NCBI GenBank assembly: GCA_030390025.1
Contig: JASTWF010000033.1
Coordinates: forward strand, 1,676,001 to 1,740,000
Source of the DNA: Squalus acanthias
Lineage: Eukaryota
DNA length: 64,000 nt
Reading direction: 5' to 3'
Positions 50,035 to 64,000 of the stretch are shown here, piece by piece; within the stretch, counting starts at the first letter, position 1, and each line of letters starts with the position of its first letter. Both the position numbers and the translations under genes were made by a program. The notes under the pieces were generated by a model that was not told the DNA's origin, searched no databases, and saw only the letters and a list, made by a program, of their open reading frames with translations.

Positions 50035-53000
50035 GATAAGTTAGTGCTGTTGGGGAGGGTTTAAACTAATTTGGCAGGGGGATGGGCACCAGGATGTAGC
50101 ATTAGAAAGGAGAAAGAAAGGATTGGGAGAGACAGAGAGCATTATAGTAAGACAGAATAAGGTGGTAGATGGGATCAGACTAAGAGAGAATACAAGAAGG
50201 TCTAAGATAGGTTTACAGTGCATGTGTGTAAATGCACGAAGCGTGGTAAGTAAGGTTGGTGAGCTGCAGGCGCAGATAGCCACATGGAAACATGATGTCG
50301 TGGCGATAACGGAGACCTGGCTCAAAAAAGGGCAGGATTGGGTCCTAAATATTCCTGGATATAACGGGCACTTGGAGAGGTTTAAGCTAATTAAGGAGAG
50401 CCAACACGGATTTGTAAAAGGCAGATCGTGTTTGAATAATCTAATTGAATTTTTTGATGAAGTTACAGGGAGGATTGATGAAGGGCATGCAATGGATGTA
50501 GTCTACATGGATTTTAGGAAGGCGTTTGACAAAGTACCACATAGAAGGCTGGTTAACAAAATTGAGGCTCATGGAACAGGTGGGTCAGTGGCAGCTTGGA
50601 TAAGGAATTGGCTTAAGGACAGAAAACAGCGAGTTGTGGTAAATGGCTGTTTTTCAGACTGGAGGATAAACACGTGGCTGCAGGGATGGTGTAGGGGGGA
50701 GGGTTTCAGTTATGTGGATAATTGGAGCACATTCTGGGGAAGGTGGGACCTGTACAAACAGGACGGTTTGCACCTGAACCAGAGGGGCACCAATATCCTG
50801 GGAGGGAAATTTGCTACGGCTCTTCGGGGGGGTTTAAACTAATTTGTCAGAGGGATGGGAAAAAGGGCTGTAGTCCACGAGCCAGTGGTGAGTGTAGGGA
50901 GGTACTGAGGAGGGTATCAAGGTCGCAGGAATGTACCGGCAGACAGGAAGATGGCTTGAAGTGTGTCTACTTCAATGCAAGGAGCATCCGGAATAAGGTA
51001 GGAGAACTTGGAGCGTGGATTGGTACTTGGGACTACGATGTGGTGAACATTACGGAGACATGGTTAGAACAGGGACAGGAATGGTTGTTGGAAGTTCCGG
51101 GGTATAGATGTTTCAGTAAGAGTAGGGAAGTTGGTAAGAAAGGTGGGGGAGTAGCATTGTTAATCAAGGATAGTTTAACAGCGGCAGAAAGGCAGTTCGA
51201 CGGGGATCTGCCGTCTGAGGTAATATGGGCTGAAGTTAGAAATAGGAAAGGAGCGGTCACGTTGTTAGGAGTTTTCTACAGGCCCCCAAATAATAATAAA
51301 GATGTGGAGGAAGAAATTGCAAAGCAGATTATGAATAGGTGTGGAGGTCACAGAGTAGTTGTCATGGGTGACTTCAACTTTCCAAATATTGATTGGAACC
51401 TTTATAGGTCAAACAGTTCGGATGGGATAGCTTTTGCACAGTGTGTGCAGGAGGGTTTCCTGACACAATATGTGGATAGGCCGACAAGAGGTGGGGCCAC
51501 GTTGGATTTGGTACTGGGTAATGAACCGGGCCAAGTGTTTGATTTGTATGTGGGAAAGCACTTTGGAGATAGTGACCACAATTCGGTAACTTTCACTATT
51601 GCAATGGAGAGGGATAGGGCCATACGGCAGGGCAGGGTTTATAATTGGGGGAGGGGTAATTATGATGCGATTAGGCAAGAATTAGGGAGTATAAGATGGG
51701 AACAGAAACTATTAGGGAAAGGCACAAACGAAAAGTGGAGCTTTTTCATGGAGCAATTACTGCGTGTCCTTGATAGGTATGTCCCTGTCAGGCAGGGAGG
51801 AAATGGCCGAGTGAGAGAACCATGGTTCACAAAAGAGGTTGAATGTCTAGTCAAGAGGAAAAAGGAAGCGTATGTAAGGATGAGAAAACAAGGTTCAGTT
51901 GGGTCGATTGAGGGGTACAAGGTAGCAAGGAATGAGCTAAAAAAAGAGCTTAGGAGAGCTAGGAGGGGGCATGAGAAGTCCTTGGCGGGTCGGATCAAGA
52001 AAAATCCCAAGGCTTTTTAGTCTTATGTGAGAAATAAAAGAATGACCAGGGTGAGGGTAGGGCCGGTCAAGGACAGTAGTGGGAACTTGTGCATGGAGTC
52101 AGAAGAGATAGGAGAGGTGATGAATGAATACTTTTCGTCAGTGTTCACCGAGGAGAGGGGCCATGTTCTTGAGGATGAGAGTGTGATAAAGGTGGATAGG
52201 CTGGAGGTGGTAGATGTTCTGAGGGAAGATGTTTTAGCAATTTTGAAGAACCTGAGGGTCGATAAGTCCCCTGGGCCAGATGGGATATATCCTAGGATTC
52301 TTTGGGAGGCAAGGGAGGAGATTGCAGAGCCTCTGGCTTTGATCTTTGGGTCCTCACTGTCCACGGGGATGGTGCCAGAGGACTGGAGAGTGGCGAATGT
52401 TGTTCCTCTCTTCAAGAAAGGAAATAGGAATGACCCTGGTAATTATAGGCCGGTTAGTCTTACTTCGGTGGTTGGTAAGATAATGGAAAAGGTCCTGAGG
52501 GATAGGATTTATGACCATTTGGAAAGGGGCAACTTAATCAGGGATAGTCAACACGGATTCGTGAAGGGTAAGTCTTGCCTAACAAATTTGATTTGATTCT
52601 TTGAGGAGGTAACTAAGTGTGTAGATGAAGAGCAGTTGATGTCGTATACATGGATTTTAGTAAGGCGTTCCCCATGGTCGTCTCATGAAGAAAGTAAGGA
52701 GATGTGGGATAGAGGGAAATTTGGCCGATTGGATAAGTAACTGGCTAACTCATAGAAGGCAGAGGGTGGTGGTGGATGGAACATTTTCGGACTGGAGACC
52801 AGTTACCAGCGGTGTGCCACAGGGGTCGGTGCTGGGTCCTCTGCTGTTTGTGATTTTTATCAATGACTTGGAGGAGGGGACTGAAGGGTGGATCAGTAAA
52901 TTTGCTGATGACACCAAGATTGGTGGAGTAGTGAATGAGGTGGAGGGCAGTTGTAGGCTGCAAAGAGACATTGATAGGATGCAGAGCTGGGCCGAAAAAT

Positions 53001-54820
53001 GGCAGATGGAATTTAACCCTGATAAGTGCGAGGTGATTCATTTTGGTAGGGCAAATTTGAATAAGGATTACAGGGTCAACGGCAGGGTTCTGAGGAACGT
53101 GGAGGAGCAGAGGGATCTGGGGGTTCATATCCACAGATCTCTGAAGGTTGCCACTCAAGTGGATAGAGCAGTAAAGAAGGCCTATGGTGTGTTAGCGTTT
53201 ATTAACAGAGGGTTTGAGTTTAAGAACCGTGAGGTTATGCTGCAACTGTACAGGACCTTGGTGGGACCACATTTGGAGTATTGTGTGCAGTTCTGGTCAC
53301 CTCACTATAGGAAGGACGTAGAAGCATTGGAAAGAGTGCAAAGGAGATTTACCAGGATGCTGCCTGGTTAGGGGGGGAGGTCTTATGAGGAAAGATTGAG
53401 GGAGTTGGGGCTTTTCTCTTTAGAGCGGAGGAGGATGAGAGGCGACTTAATAGAGGTTTATAAGATGATGAGGGGGATAGATAGAGTGGATGTTCAGAGA
53501 CTATTTCCTCGGGTAGAGGCAGCTGTTACAAGGGGGCATAACTATAAGGTGCATGGGGGGAGATATAGAAGGGATGTCCGAGGTAGATTCTTTACTCAGA
53601 GAGTGGTTGGGGTGTGGAATGGACTGCCTGCTGTGATAGTGGAGTCGGACACTTTAGGAACTTTCAAGCGGTTATTGGATAAGCACATGGAGCACACCAG
53701 AGTGATAGGGAGTGTGATAGCTTGATCTTGGTCTCGGACAATGCTCGGCACAACATCGAGGGCCGAAGGGCCTGTACTGTGCTGTACTGTTCTATGTTCT
53801 ATGTTCTACAGTGGTGTTCCCCAAGGGTCAGTGCTGGGGCCACTGCTTTTTTTGATATATATAAATGACCTGGATATTGGAATATTGAGTAGAATTTCTA
53901 AATTTGTCGATGACACCAAACTAGGGGATATGGCAAACAGTGATGATGATACCAATCGACTGCAACAGGACATAGAAGGGCTAGCAGAATGGGCAGACAA
54001 GTGGCAGATGGAAGTTAATAAAGAGAAGTGTGAGGTGATGCGTTTTGGCAGAAGGAACAGGGAGAGGCAATATACACTTAATGAAACAGTTTTAAAGAGT
54101 GTGCAGGGACAGAGGGACCTGGGAGTTAATGTGCATAGGTCCCTGAAGGTGGCGGGACATATTGAGAGAGTGGTTAACAAAGCATATGGGATCTTGGGCT
54201 TCATAAATAGAGGTATTGAGTACAAAAGTAGAGAAGTTATGCTGAACCTTTATAAAGCGCTGGTTAGGCCACAACTGAAGTATTGCATCCAGTTCTGGTC
54301 ACCGCACTTTAGGAAGGATGTGAAGGCCCTTGAGAGGGTGCAGAGGAGATTTACCAGAATGGTTCCGGGGATGGAGGATCTTAGCTACAAGGACAGGTTG
54401 GAGAAGCTGGATTTGTTTTCATTAGAGCAAAGGAGGTTGAGGGGTGACTTGATAGAGGTGTACAAGATTATGACGGGTTTGGATAGGCTAGATGGGGAAA
54501 GGCTGTTCCCACTAGCTGATGGTAGAAGGACTAGGGGACACAGATTTAAGGTTTTGGGCAAGAGATACAGGGGGATGGGAGGAAAAACATTTTTATGCAG
54601 CGAGTGGTGAGGACCTGGAACTCGCTGCCGACGGAAGTGGTGGAAACGGAGACACTCAATGTTTTCAAGCAGAGACTGGATAGGCACTTGAGGGAAATAA
54701 ACTTGCAGGGTTACAGGGATAGAGCGGGGGAATGGGACTGACTGGATTGGTCTACAGAGAGCCGGCACGGACTCGATGGGCCGAATTACCTCATTCTGTG
54801 CCGTTATGACTCTATGATTC
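50035..54820 (+). mobile_element. Host CR1 with internal deletion, split by a nested CR1 (host parts 50035-50666 and 53809-54820)
   Basis: Host breaks at NGCFSDWR and resumes at [14 protein letters not shown]-terminus is joined directly to RT near 50363. Confidence 0.88.
50667..53808 (+). mobile_element. Nested CR1: ORF1 esterase C-terminus plus complete but disrupted ORF2 and 3' tail
   Basis: WLQGWCRGEGF...YKQDGLHLN.RG (SGNH-type DGLH), EN and RT motifs, stops at 52018, 52594 and 53369, (ttctatg)n tail. Confidence 0.92.
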
Positions 54821-54821
54821 T

Positions 54822-57470
54822 ATAAGGTATAAGAGAGAGGATGTCCTGGAGGGGTCAAGGACAGAATCTATCTGGTTAGAGTTAAGAAACAATAGAGGTG
54901 CCATTACACTACTAGGTGTATTCTATAGACCACCAACTAGTGGGAAGGATATTGAGGAGCAAATTGGCAGGGAAATTACAGAGAGGTGCAAGAACTACAG
55001 AGTAGTAATAATGGGGGAGTTCAGCTATCCTAATATAGACTGGGATAGTAATAGTGTAAAGGGCAGAGTGGGGGAAGAATTTCTGAAGTGTGTTCAGGAG
55101 AACTTTCTTGATCAGTACGTTTCCGTCCCAATGAGGAACAAGGCATTGCTGGATCTGGTTCTGGAGAATGAGGTGGGTCAAGTGGAGCAAGTGTCAGGAG
55201 GGGAACATTTAGGGAAGAGTGATCATAGTATCATAAGGTTTAGATTAGCTATGGAAAAGCACAAGGAGCAATCTGGAGTAAAAATCCTGACTTGGAGGAG
55301 GGCCAGTTTCAGTGGGTTGAGAAGGGATCTGGCCCGGGTAAATTGGAATCAAAGATTGGCAGGTCAAACTGTCCTGGAACAATGTGCTGCCTTTAAAGAG
55401 ATGGTTCGGGTCCAGTCGATGTACATTCCCACCAGGGGGAAAGGGAGAGCAATCAAAGACACAGCTCCCTGGATGATGAAAGAGATAGGGAGTAAGATGA
55501 AGCAGAAAAAGGGAGAGTATGACAGATGTCAGATTGAGAATACAAGCAAGAACCAGGCTGAATATAGAACGTTCAGTGGGGAAGTGAAAAAGGAAATAAG
55601 AGGGGCAAAGAGAGTATGAGAATAGACTGGCAGCCAACATAAAAGGAAATCCAAAAGTCTTCTATAGCATAGAAATAATAAACGGGTAGTAAGAGGAGGG
55701 GTGGGGCCGATTAGTTACCAAAAGGAGACCTATGCATGGAGGCAGATGACATGGCTGAGGTACTAAATGAGTACTTTGCATCTGTCTTTACCAAGGAAGA
55801 AGATGCTGCCAAAGTCACAGTGAAAGAGGAGGTAGTTGAGATACTGGATGGGAGAAAAATTGATAAAGAGGAGGTACTAGAAAGACTGGCTGTACTTAAA
55901 GTAGATAAGTCACCAGGACCAGATGGGATGCATCCCAGGATGCTGAAGAAGGTAAGGGTGAAAATTGCAGAGGTACTGGCTATAATCTTCCAATCCTCCT
56001 TGGATACGGGGGTGGTGCCAGAGGACTGGAGAATTGCAAATGTTACACCCTTGTTCAAAAAAGGGTGTAAGGATAAACCCAGCAACTACAGGCCAGTCAG
56101 TTTAACCTCGATGGTGGGGAATCTTTTCGAAACGATAATCCGGGACAAAATTAACAGGCACTTGGACAAGTGTGGATTAATTAAGGAAAGCCCGCACGGA
56201 TTTGTCAAAGGCAAATCGTGTTTAACTAACTTGATTGAGTTGTTTGACGGAGGTAACAGAAACAGTTGATGAGGGTAATGAGGTTGATGTGGTGTACATG
56301 GACTTCCAAAAGGCGTTTGATAAAGTGTCACATAATAGGCTAGCCAGCAAAGTTGAAACCCATGGAATAAAAGGGACAGTGGCAGCATGGATACGAAATT
56401 GGCTAAGTGACAGGAAACAGAGAGTAGTGGTGAACGGTTGTTTTTCGGACTGGAGGAAGGTATAAAGTGGTGTTCTCCAGGGGTCAGTTCTCGGACCACT
56501 GCTTTTCTTGATATATATTAATGACTTGGACATGGGTGTACAGGGCACAATTTCAAAATATGCAGATAACACAAAACTTGGAAGTATAGTGAACAGTGAG
56601 GAGGAGAGTGATAGACGTCAGGAAGACATAGACAGGCTGGTGGAATGGACGGACACGTGGCAGATGAAATTTAACGCAGAAAAGTGTGAAGTGATATATT
56701 TTGGTGGAAAGGATGAGGAGAGGACATGTAAACTAAATGGTACAATCCTAAAGTGGGTGCACGAACAGAGAGACCTAGGGGTATGTGTGCACAAATCCTT
56801 GAAGGTGGCTGGGCAGCTTGAGAAAGCAGTTAAAAAGGCTTACGGGACCCTGGACTTAATAAATAGAGGTGTAGAGTACAAAAGTGTGGAAATGATGATG
56901 AAACACTGGTTCGGCCCCAACTGGAGTACTGTGTCCAATTCTGGGCACCACACTTCAGGAAGGATGTGAAGGCCTTAGAGAAGGTGCATAAAAGATTTAC
57001 GAGAATGATTCCAGGAATGAGGGAGTTCAGTTACGTGGATAGACTGGAGAAGCTGGGGTTGTTCTCCTTGGAGCAGAGAAGATTGAGAGTAGATTTGATA
57101 GAGGTGTTCAAAATCATGAGGGGTCTGGACAGAGTAGAGAGAGAGACACTGTTCCCATTGGCGGAAGGGTCGAGAACCAGAGGACACAGATTTAAGGTGA
57201 TTGGCAGAAGAATCAAAGGTGACATGGGGAAAAACTTTTTACGCAGTGAGTGGTTAGGATCGGGAATGCACTGCCTGAAAGGGTGGTGGAGGCAGATTCA
57301 ATCGTGGCTTTCAAAAGGGAATTGGATGAGTACCTGAAGGACAACAATTTGCAGGGCTACGAGGGAAGGGTGGGGGAGTGGGACTAGCTGAAGTGCTCTT
57401 GCAGAGAGCCGGCACGGGCTCAACGGGCCGAATGGTCACATTCTGTGCTGTAACCATTCTATGATTCTAC
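54822..57470 (+). mobile_element. 5'-truncated degenerate CR1 (EN, RT, 3'UTR)
   Basis: [23 protein letters not shown](N); multiple stops and frameshifts; (attctatg) tail. Confidence 0.93.
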
Positions 57471-57494
57471 GAACACGTTAAACCTTCATAGAAT

Positions 57495-58073
57495 AATTAC
57501 CAGTCATTTTTAGACTGGAAACTTAACCCTGCCGTTTCACTTTCAGTCAGGAACAGATCGCAGTTTGACACCAATCTCTGATTTGACAGCACGTTTCCAG
57601 CATTCACCGTTGTTCTTCCTGACTCTAAACACAGTTGTAAAGGAGCCTTCTGTTCCGTGCCTAGGAGCTCTGACCCATGGGAGAGAGCGGCTGGGACACA
57701 TTCCTTACAGGTATCAAGATTAACCTGCACGGGGACATTACTTTCAGTGAAGAGAGACGAGAAAGACCAAAGTGCCGTTTGCCCCTCTCAGTGTGGCCCT
57801 GAAGGACTGTGTCCAGGCTGTAGTTCTGTTCCCGCCGTACGATCCTCCCCCAGATTGTCCTTTCTGAGCTCCAGCCAGGTGATGCTAAACACTCAGGTGG
57901 GAACGACAAAAATCCACAACAATGTGTTTAAAGCAAAGCTGATTTATTTGACGTATATCCAGAATATTAAACTCCAGCCCAGTTACAGGGGTTATTAACA
58001 TCAGCAGAAACAAACCCCAACTGTCAGAATGAACACGATTCAGTCCGGGATGTAATTAACAGCAGCAATAACA
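57495..58073 (-). other. Orphan ZNF-family 3'UTR and 3' flank; coding exon replaced by satellite
   Basis: Reverse complement matches 27390-27965 and 20990-21920. Confidence 0.85.
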
Positions 58074-58080
58074 CAGAATA

Positions 58081-60500
58081 GATACAGAGTAAAGCTCCCT
58101 CTGCATTGTCCCACCAAACACTCCTGGGGCAGGTACAGCACGGGTTAGATACAGAGTAAAGCTCGCTCTATACTGTCGCATCAAACACTCCCAGGGCAGG
58201 TACAGCACGGGTTAGATACAGAGTAAAGCTCCTTCTACACTGTCCCATCAAACACTCCCAGGGTAGGTACAGTACGGGGTTAGATATAGAGAAAAGCTCC
58301 CTCTACACTGTCCCATCAAACACTCCCAGGGCAGGTGCAGCACAGCTTAGATACAGAGTAAAGCTCCCTCTGCATTGTCCCTCCGAAAACTCCCAGGGTA
58401 GGTACAGCACGGGTTAGATACAGAGTAAAGCTCGCTGTATACTGTCCCATCAAACACTCCCAGGGCAGGTACAGCACGGGTTAGATACAGAGTATAGCTC
58501 CCTCTGCACTGTCCCATCAAACACTCCCAGGGCAGGTACAGCACAGGTTAGATACAGAGTAAAGCTCCCTCGACACTGTCCCATCAAACACTCCCAGGGC
58601 AGGTACAGCACGGGTTAGCTACAGAGTAAAGCTCCCTCGACACAGTCCCATCAAACACTCCCAGGGCAGGTGCAGCACGGGTTAGATACAGAGTAAAGCT
58701 AGCTCGAAACTGTCCCATCAAACACTCGTCGGGAAGGTACAGCACGGGTTAGATACAGAGTAAAGCTCCCTCTACAGTGTCCCATCAAACACTCCCAGGG
58801 CAGGTACAGCACGGGTTAGCTGCAGAGTAAAGCTCCCTCTATACTGTCTCATCAAACACTCCTAGGGCAGGTACAGCACGGGTTAGATACAGAGTAAAGC
58901 ACCCTCTACACTGTCCCATCAAATACTCCCAGGGCAGGTACAGCATGGGTTAGATACAAAGTAAAGCTCCCTGTACAATGTCCCATCAATCAGTCCCAGG
59001 GCAGGTACTGCACAGGTTAGATACAGAGTAAAGCTCCCTCTACACTGTCCCATCAAACACTCCCAGGGTAGGTACAGCACGGGTTAGATACAGAGTAAAG
59101 CTCCCTCTGCACTGTCCCATCAAACAATCCCAGGGGAGGTACAGTACGGGGTTAGATACAGAGTAAAGCTCCCTCTACACTGTCCCATCAAACACTCCCA
59201 GGGCAGGTACAGCACTGGTTAGATACAGAATAAAGCACCCTCAACATTGTCCCATCAAACACTCGCTGGGAATGTACAGCACGGGATAGATACAGAGTAA
59301 AGCTCGCTCGAGATTGTCCCATCAAACACCCCCAGGGCAGGTACAGCAGGGGTTAGTTACAGAGTAAAGCTCCCTCTATACTGTCCCATCACACAGTCCC
59401 AGGGCTGGTACAGCAGGGGTAAGTTACAGAGTAAAGCTCCCTCTACACTATCCCATCAAACACTCCCAGAGCAGATACAGCAGGGGTTAGTTACAGAGTA
59501 AAGCTCCCTCTGCGCTGTCCCATCAAACACTCCAAGGGCAGGTACAGCACAAAGCTCCCTCTACACTGTCCCATCAAACACTTTCAGGGCAGGAACTGCA
59601 CGTTTTAAATACAGAGTAAAGCTCCCTCTGCACTGTCCCATCAAACACTCGCAGGGCAGGTACAGCACTGGTTAGCTACAGAGCAAAACTCCCTCTACAG
59701 TGTCCCATCCAACACCCCCTAGGCAGGTACAGCACGGGATAGATACAGAGCAAAGCTCGCTCGAGATTGTCCCATCAAACAATCCCCGGGGAGGTACAGC
59801 ACGGGATAGATACAGAGTAAAGCTCGCTCTATACTGTCCCATCAAACACTCCCAGGGCAGATACAGCACAGGTTACAGACAGAGTAAAGCTCCCTTTACA
59901 CTATCCCATCAAACACTCCCAGGGCAGGCACAGCACGGGTTAGATACAGAGTAAAGCTCCCTCTGCACTGTCGCATCAAGCGCTCCCAGGGGAGGTACAG
60001 TACGGGGTTAGATACAGAGTAAAACTCGCTCTATTCTGTCCCATCAAACACTCCCAGGGTAGATACAGCACGGGTTAGATAAAGAGTAAAGCTCGCTCCA
60101 CACTGTCCCATCAAACTCTCCCAGGGCAGGTACAGCACGGGTTAGATACAGAGTAAAGCTCCTTCTACACTGTCCCATCAAACACTCCCAGGGTAGGTAT
60201 AGCACGGGTTAGATACAGAGTAAAGCTCCCTCTACACTGTCCCATCAAACACACCCAGGGCAGGTCCAGCACAGGTTAGATACAGAGTAAAGCTCCTTCC
60301 ACACTGTCCCATCAAACACTCCCAGGGCAGGCACAGCACGGGTTAAATACAGAGTAAAGCTCCCTTTACACTATCCCATCAAACACTCCTCAGGCAGGTC
60401 CAGCACGGGTTAGATACAGAGTAAAGCTCCCTCTACACTGTCCCATCAAACACTCCCAGGACATGTACAGCACGTGCAAGATACAGAGTAAAGCTCCCTC
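58081..60500 (+). repeat. 67-bp satellite, about 36 copies
   Basis: Same unit as 47860-48477. Confidence 0.96.
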
Positions 60501-60911
60501 CACCCATGGCGACCTGTCTGCAGTGAAGCTCCTGTTTGAGTTTCTAACTCAGACTGAACTTCTCTCTCCCACAATGCCCATTATATCAGAAATTTAATGG
60601 CAATGTATTTTAACTAATTTATGTTAAAACATGTTTGTCTCTGAACATTATTGCCCCAAAACCTACGCAGATTTTAGCTCTATTTGAGATAGTTGTCAGT
60701 ATTTGGGAAATCCCTTTAAAGATTATTTGGCAAAAGTAACAATAAACTCCACTGGAGGGAAACACAATCAGCAGGATTTCTACCCCCCTTTCAGGGACAA
60801 GAGTGACTCTGACCTTTCACCCTTTGATATCCAGAACATTAAACTCCAGCCCAGTTATAGGGGTTATTAACATCAGCAGAAACAAACCCCAACTGTCAGT
60901 GTGAACATGGT

Positions 60912-62060
<1,149 letters not shown>

Positions 62061-62061
62061 G

Positions 62062-64000
62062 ACAGAGGTGTCAGAATATGGAAAAATGGTAAAAAGAGAA
62101 AATTAAAAGCTGAACACACGCAGCATTCGTAACAAGATAGATGACTTGACAGCACAAATAGAAATAAAGGGTATGATCTGATAGCCATTACAGAGACGTG
62201 GTTGCAAGGTGACCAATGATTGGAACTGAATATTCAGGGGTATTTGCCATTTCGTAAGGATAGGCAGAAAGGAAAAGGAGGTGGTGTAGCTCTGTTAATA
62301 AGGGATAAGATCAGTGCAGTAATGAGAAATGATATTGGCCCAGAAGATCAAGAGGTGGAATCAGTTTGGGTGGAGATAAGAAATAATAAGGGTAAAAAGT
62401 CACTGGTGGGAGTGGTCTACAGGCCCCCAAACAGTAGCCACACTGTAGGACAGAGAATAAATCAAGAAATAATAGAGGCTTGTAAGAAAGGTACGGCTAT
62501 AATCATGGGAGATTTTAATCTTCATAATGACTGGACAAAGCATATTGTCAAAGGTAGACTTGAGGAAGAGTTCTTACAGTGTATACGGGATGGTTTCTTG
62601 GAACAATATGTTGTGGAACCAACCAGGGAGAAGACTATTTTAGATCTGGTAATGTGTAACGAGGCTGGATTAATTAATGATCTCGAAGTGAAGGATCCTC
62701 TTGGGAAGAGTGATCATAGCATGGTAGAATTTCAAATTCAGTTTGAGGGTGAGAAAGCTAGGTCTCAAACTAGTGTCCTGAACTTAAACAAAGGTAATTA
62801 CAAAGGTATGAAGGCAGACTTGGTTAAAGTGGACTGGGAAAATATATTACAGGATAAGACTGTAGAAAAGCAGTGGCAAACATTTAAGGAAAAATTTCAT
62901 AACTCTCAGCAAAGATATATTCCAGTGAAAAAGAAAGACTCCAAGAGAAGGATGAACCATCCATGACTAACTAAGGAAGTAAAGGATGGTATCAAATTGA
63001 AAATAAAAGCATACAATGTTGCGAAGAATAGTGAAAGGCCAGAGGATTGGGAAATTTTTAAAAATCAGCAAAGGACGACTAAAAAAATAATAAAGAGAGA
63101 GAAGATAGCTTATGAGAGGAAGCTAGCAAGAAATATAAAAACAGACAGTAAGAGCTTCTACAGGTATATAAAAAGGAAGAGAGTAGCTAAAGTAAACGTT
63201 GGTCCCCTAGAGGATGAGTCTGGGGAAGTAATAATGGGAAACAGGGAATTGGCGGAGACTTTGAACAAATATTTTGTATCGGTCTTCATGGTAGAAGACA
63301 CTAAAAGCATCCCAATAATGGATAATCAAGGGGCTATTGGGGTGGGGGGGGGGAACTTAAAACAATCACTATCACTAAAGAGAAAGTACTAGGCAAACTA
63401 ATGGGACTAAAGGTGGACAAGTCCCCTGGACCCGATGGCCTGCATCCCAGAGTCTTAAAACAGGTGGCTACAGAGATAGTGGATGCATTGGTTGTAATCT
63501 ACCAAAATTCCCTGGATTCTGGAGAGGTTCCAGCGGACTGGAAAACCGTAAATATAACGCCCCTATTTAAGAAAGGAGGGAGACAGAAAGCAGGCAACTA
63601 TCGACCAGTTAGCCTAACATCTGTCATTGGGAAAATGCTGGAGTCCATCATTAAGGAAGTGATAGGACATTTAGAAAATCATAATATAGTCAAGCAGAGT
63701 CAGCATGGTTTTATGCAAGGGAAATCATGTTTGACAAATTTACTAGAGTTCTTTGAGGATGTAACGAGCAGGGTGGATAAAGGGGAACTAGTAAATGTTG
63801 TGTATTTGGATTTCCAGCAGGCATTCAATAAGGTGCCACATAAAAAGTTACTACACAAGATAAGAGCTCACGGGGTTGGGGGTAATATATTAGCATGGAT
63901 AGAGGATTGGCTAACTAACAGAAAACAGAGAGTCGGGATATATGGGTCATTTTCAGGTTGGCAAACCAACTAGTGGGGTGCTGCAGGGATCAGTGCTGGG
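62062..64000 (+). mobile_element. Degenerate CR1 ORF2 (EN and RT), running off the window
   Basis: [31 protein letters not shown]; similar to the 16856-19666 subfamily; stops and frameshifts. Confidence 0.93.

Noticed and set aside
58081..60500. Regularly spaced repeats resembling CRISPR arrays
   Set aside because: Head-to-tail units without unique spacers, no cas genes, vertebrate context

Overview
Eukaryotic, vertebrate DNA, very probably a cartilaginous fish. This is inferred from an HE1/V-type SINE, elasmobranch-like CR1 LINE tails and a 67-bp satellite. The window is a rapidly turning-over cluster of about 8 C2H2 zinc-finger gene modules: one apparently intact CDS (31870-32628), one large array split by a young CR1, and several pseudogenes, plus two orphan 3'UTRs. 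No KRAB, SCAN or BTB domain is visible. The modules share a stereotyped cassette: an NRF1/YY1/GC-box CpG promoter, an intron holding a minisatellite, a conserved splice acceptor, a single coding exon and a conserved 3'UTR. The cassettes have been multiplied by overlapping inverted segmental duplications. The rest is CR1 and L2-like LINE debris (one uninterrupted 936-codon CR1 ORF2, one nested CR1-in-CR1), seven minisatellite families and three Penelope-type minimal hammerhead ribozyme motifs. The most notable unexplained features are an apparently bidirectional promoter, fossil zinc fingers turned into 5'UTR with a new ATG made from a linker codon, minisatellites whose units resemble splice acceptors or donors, and a strong strand bias of the LINEs. 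All boundaries were read by eye and are approximate.
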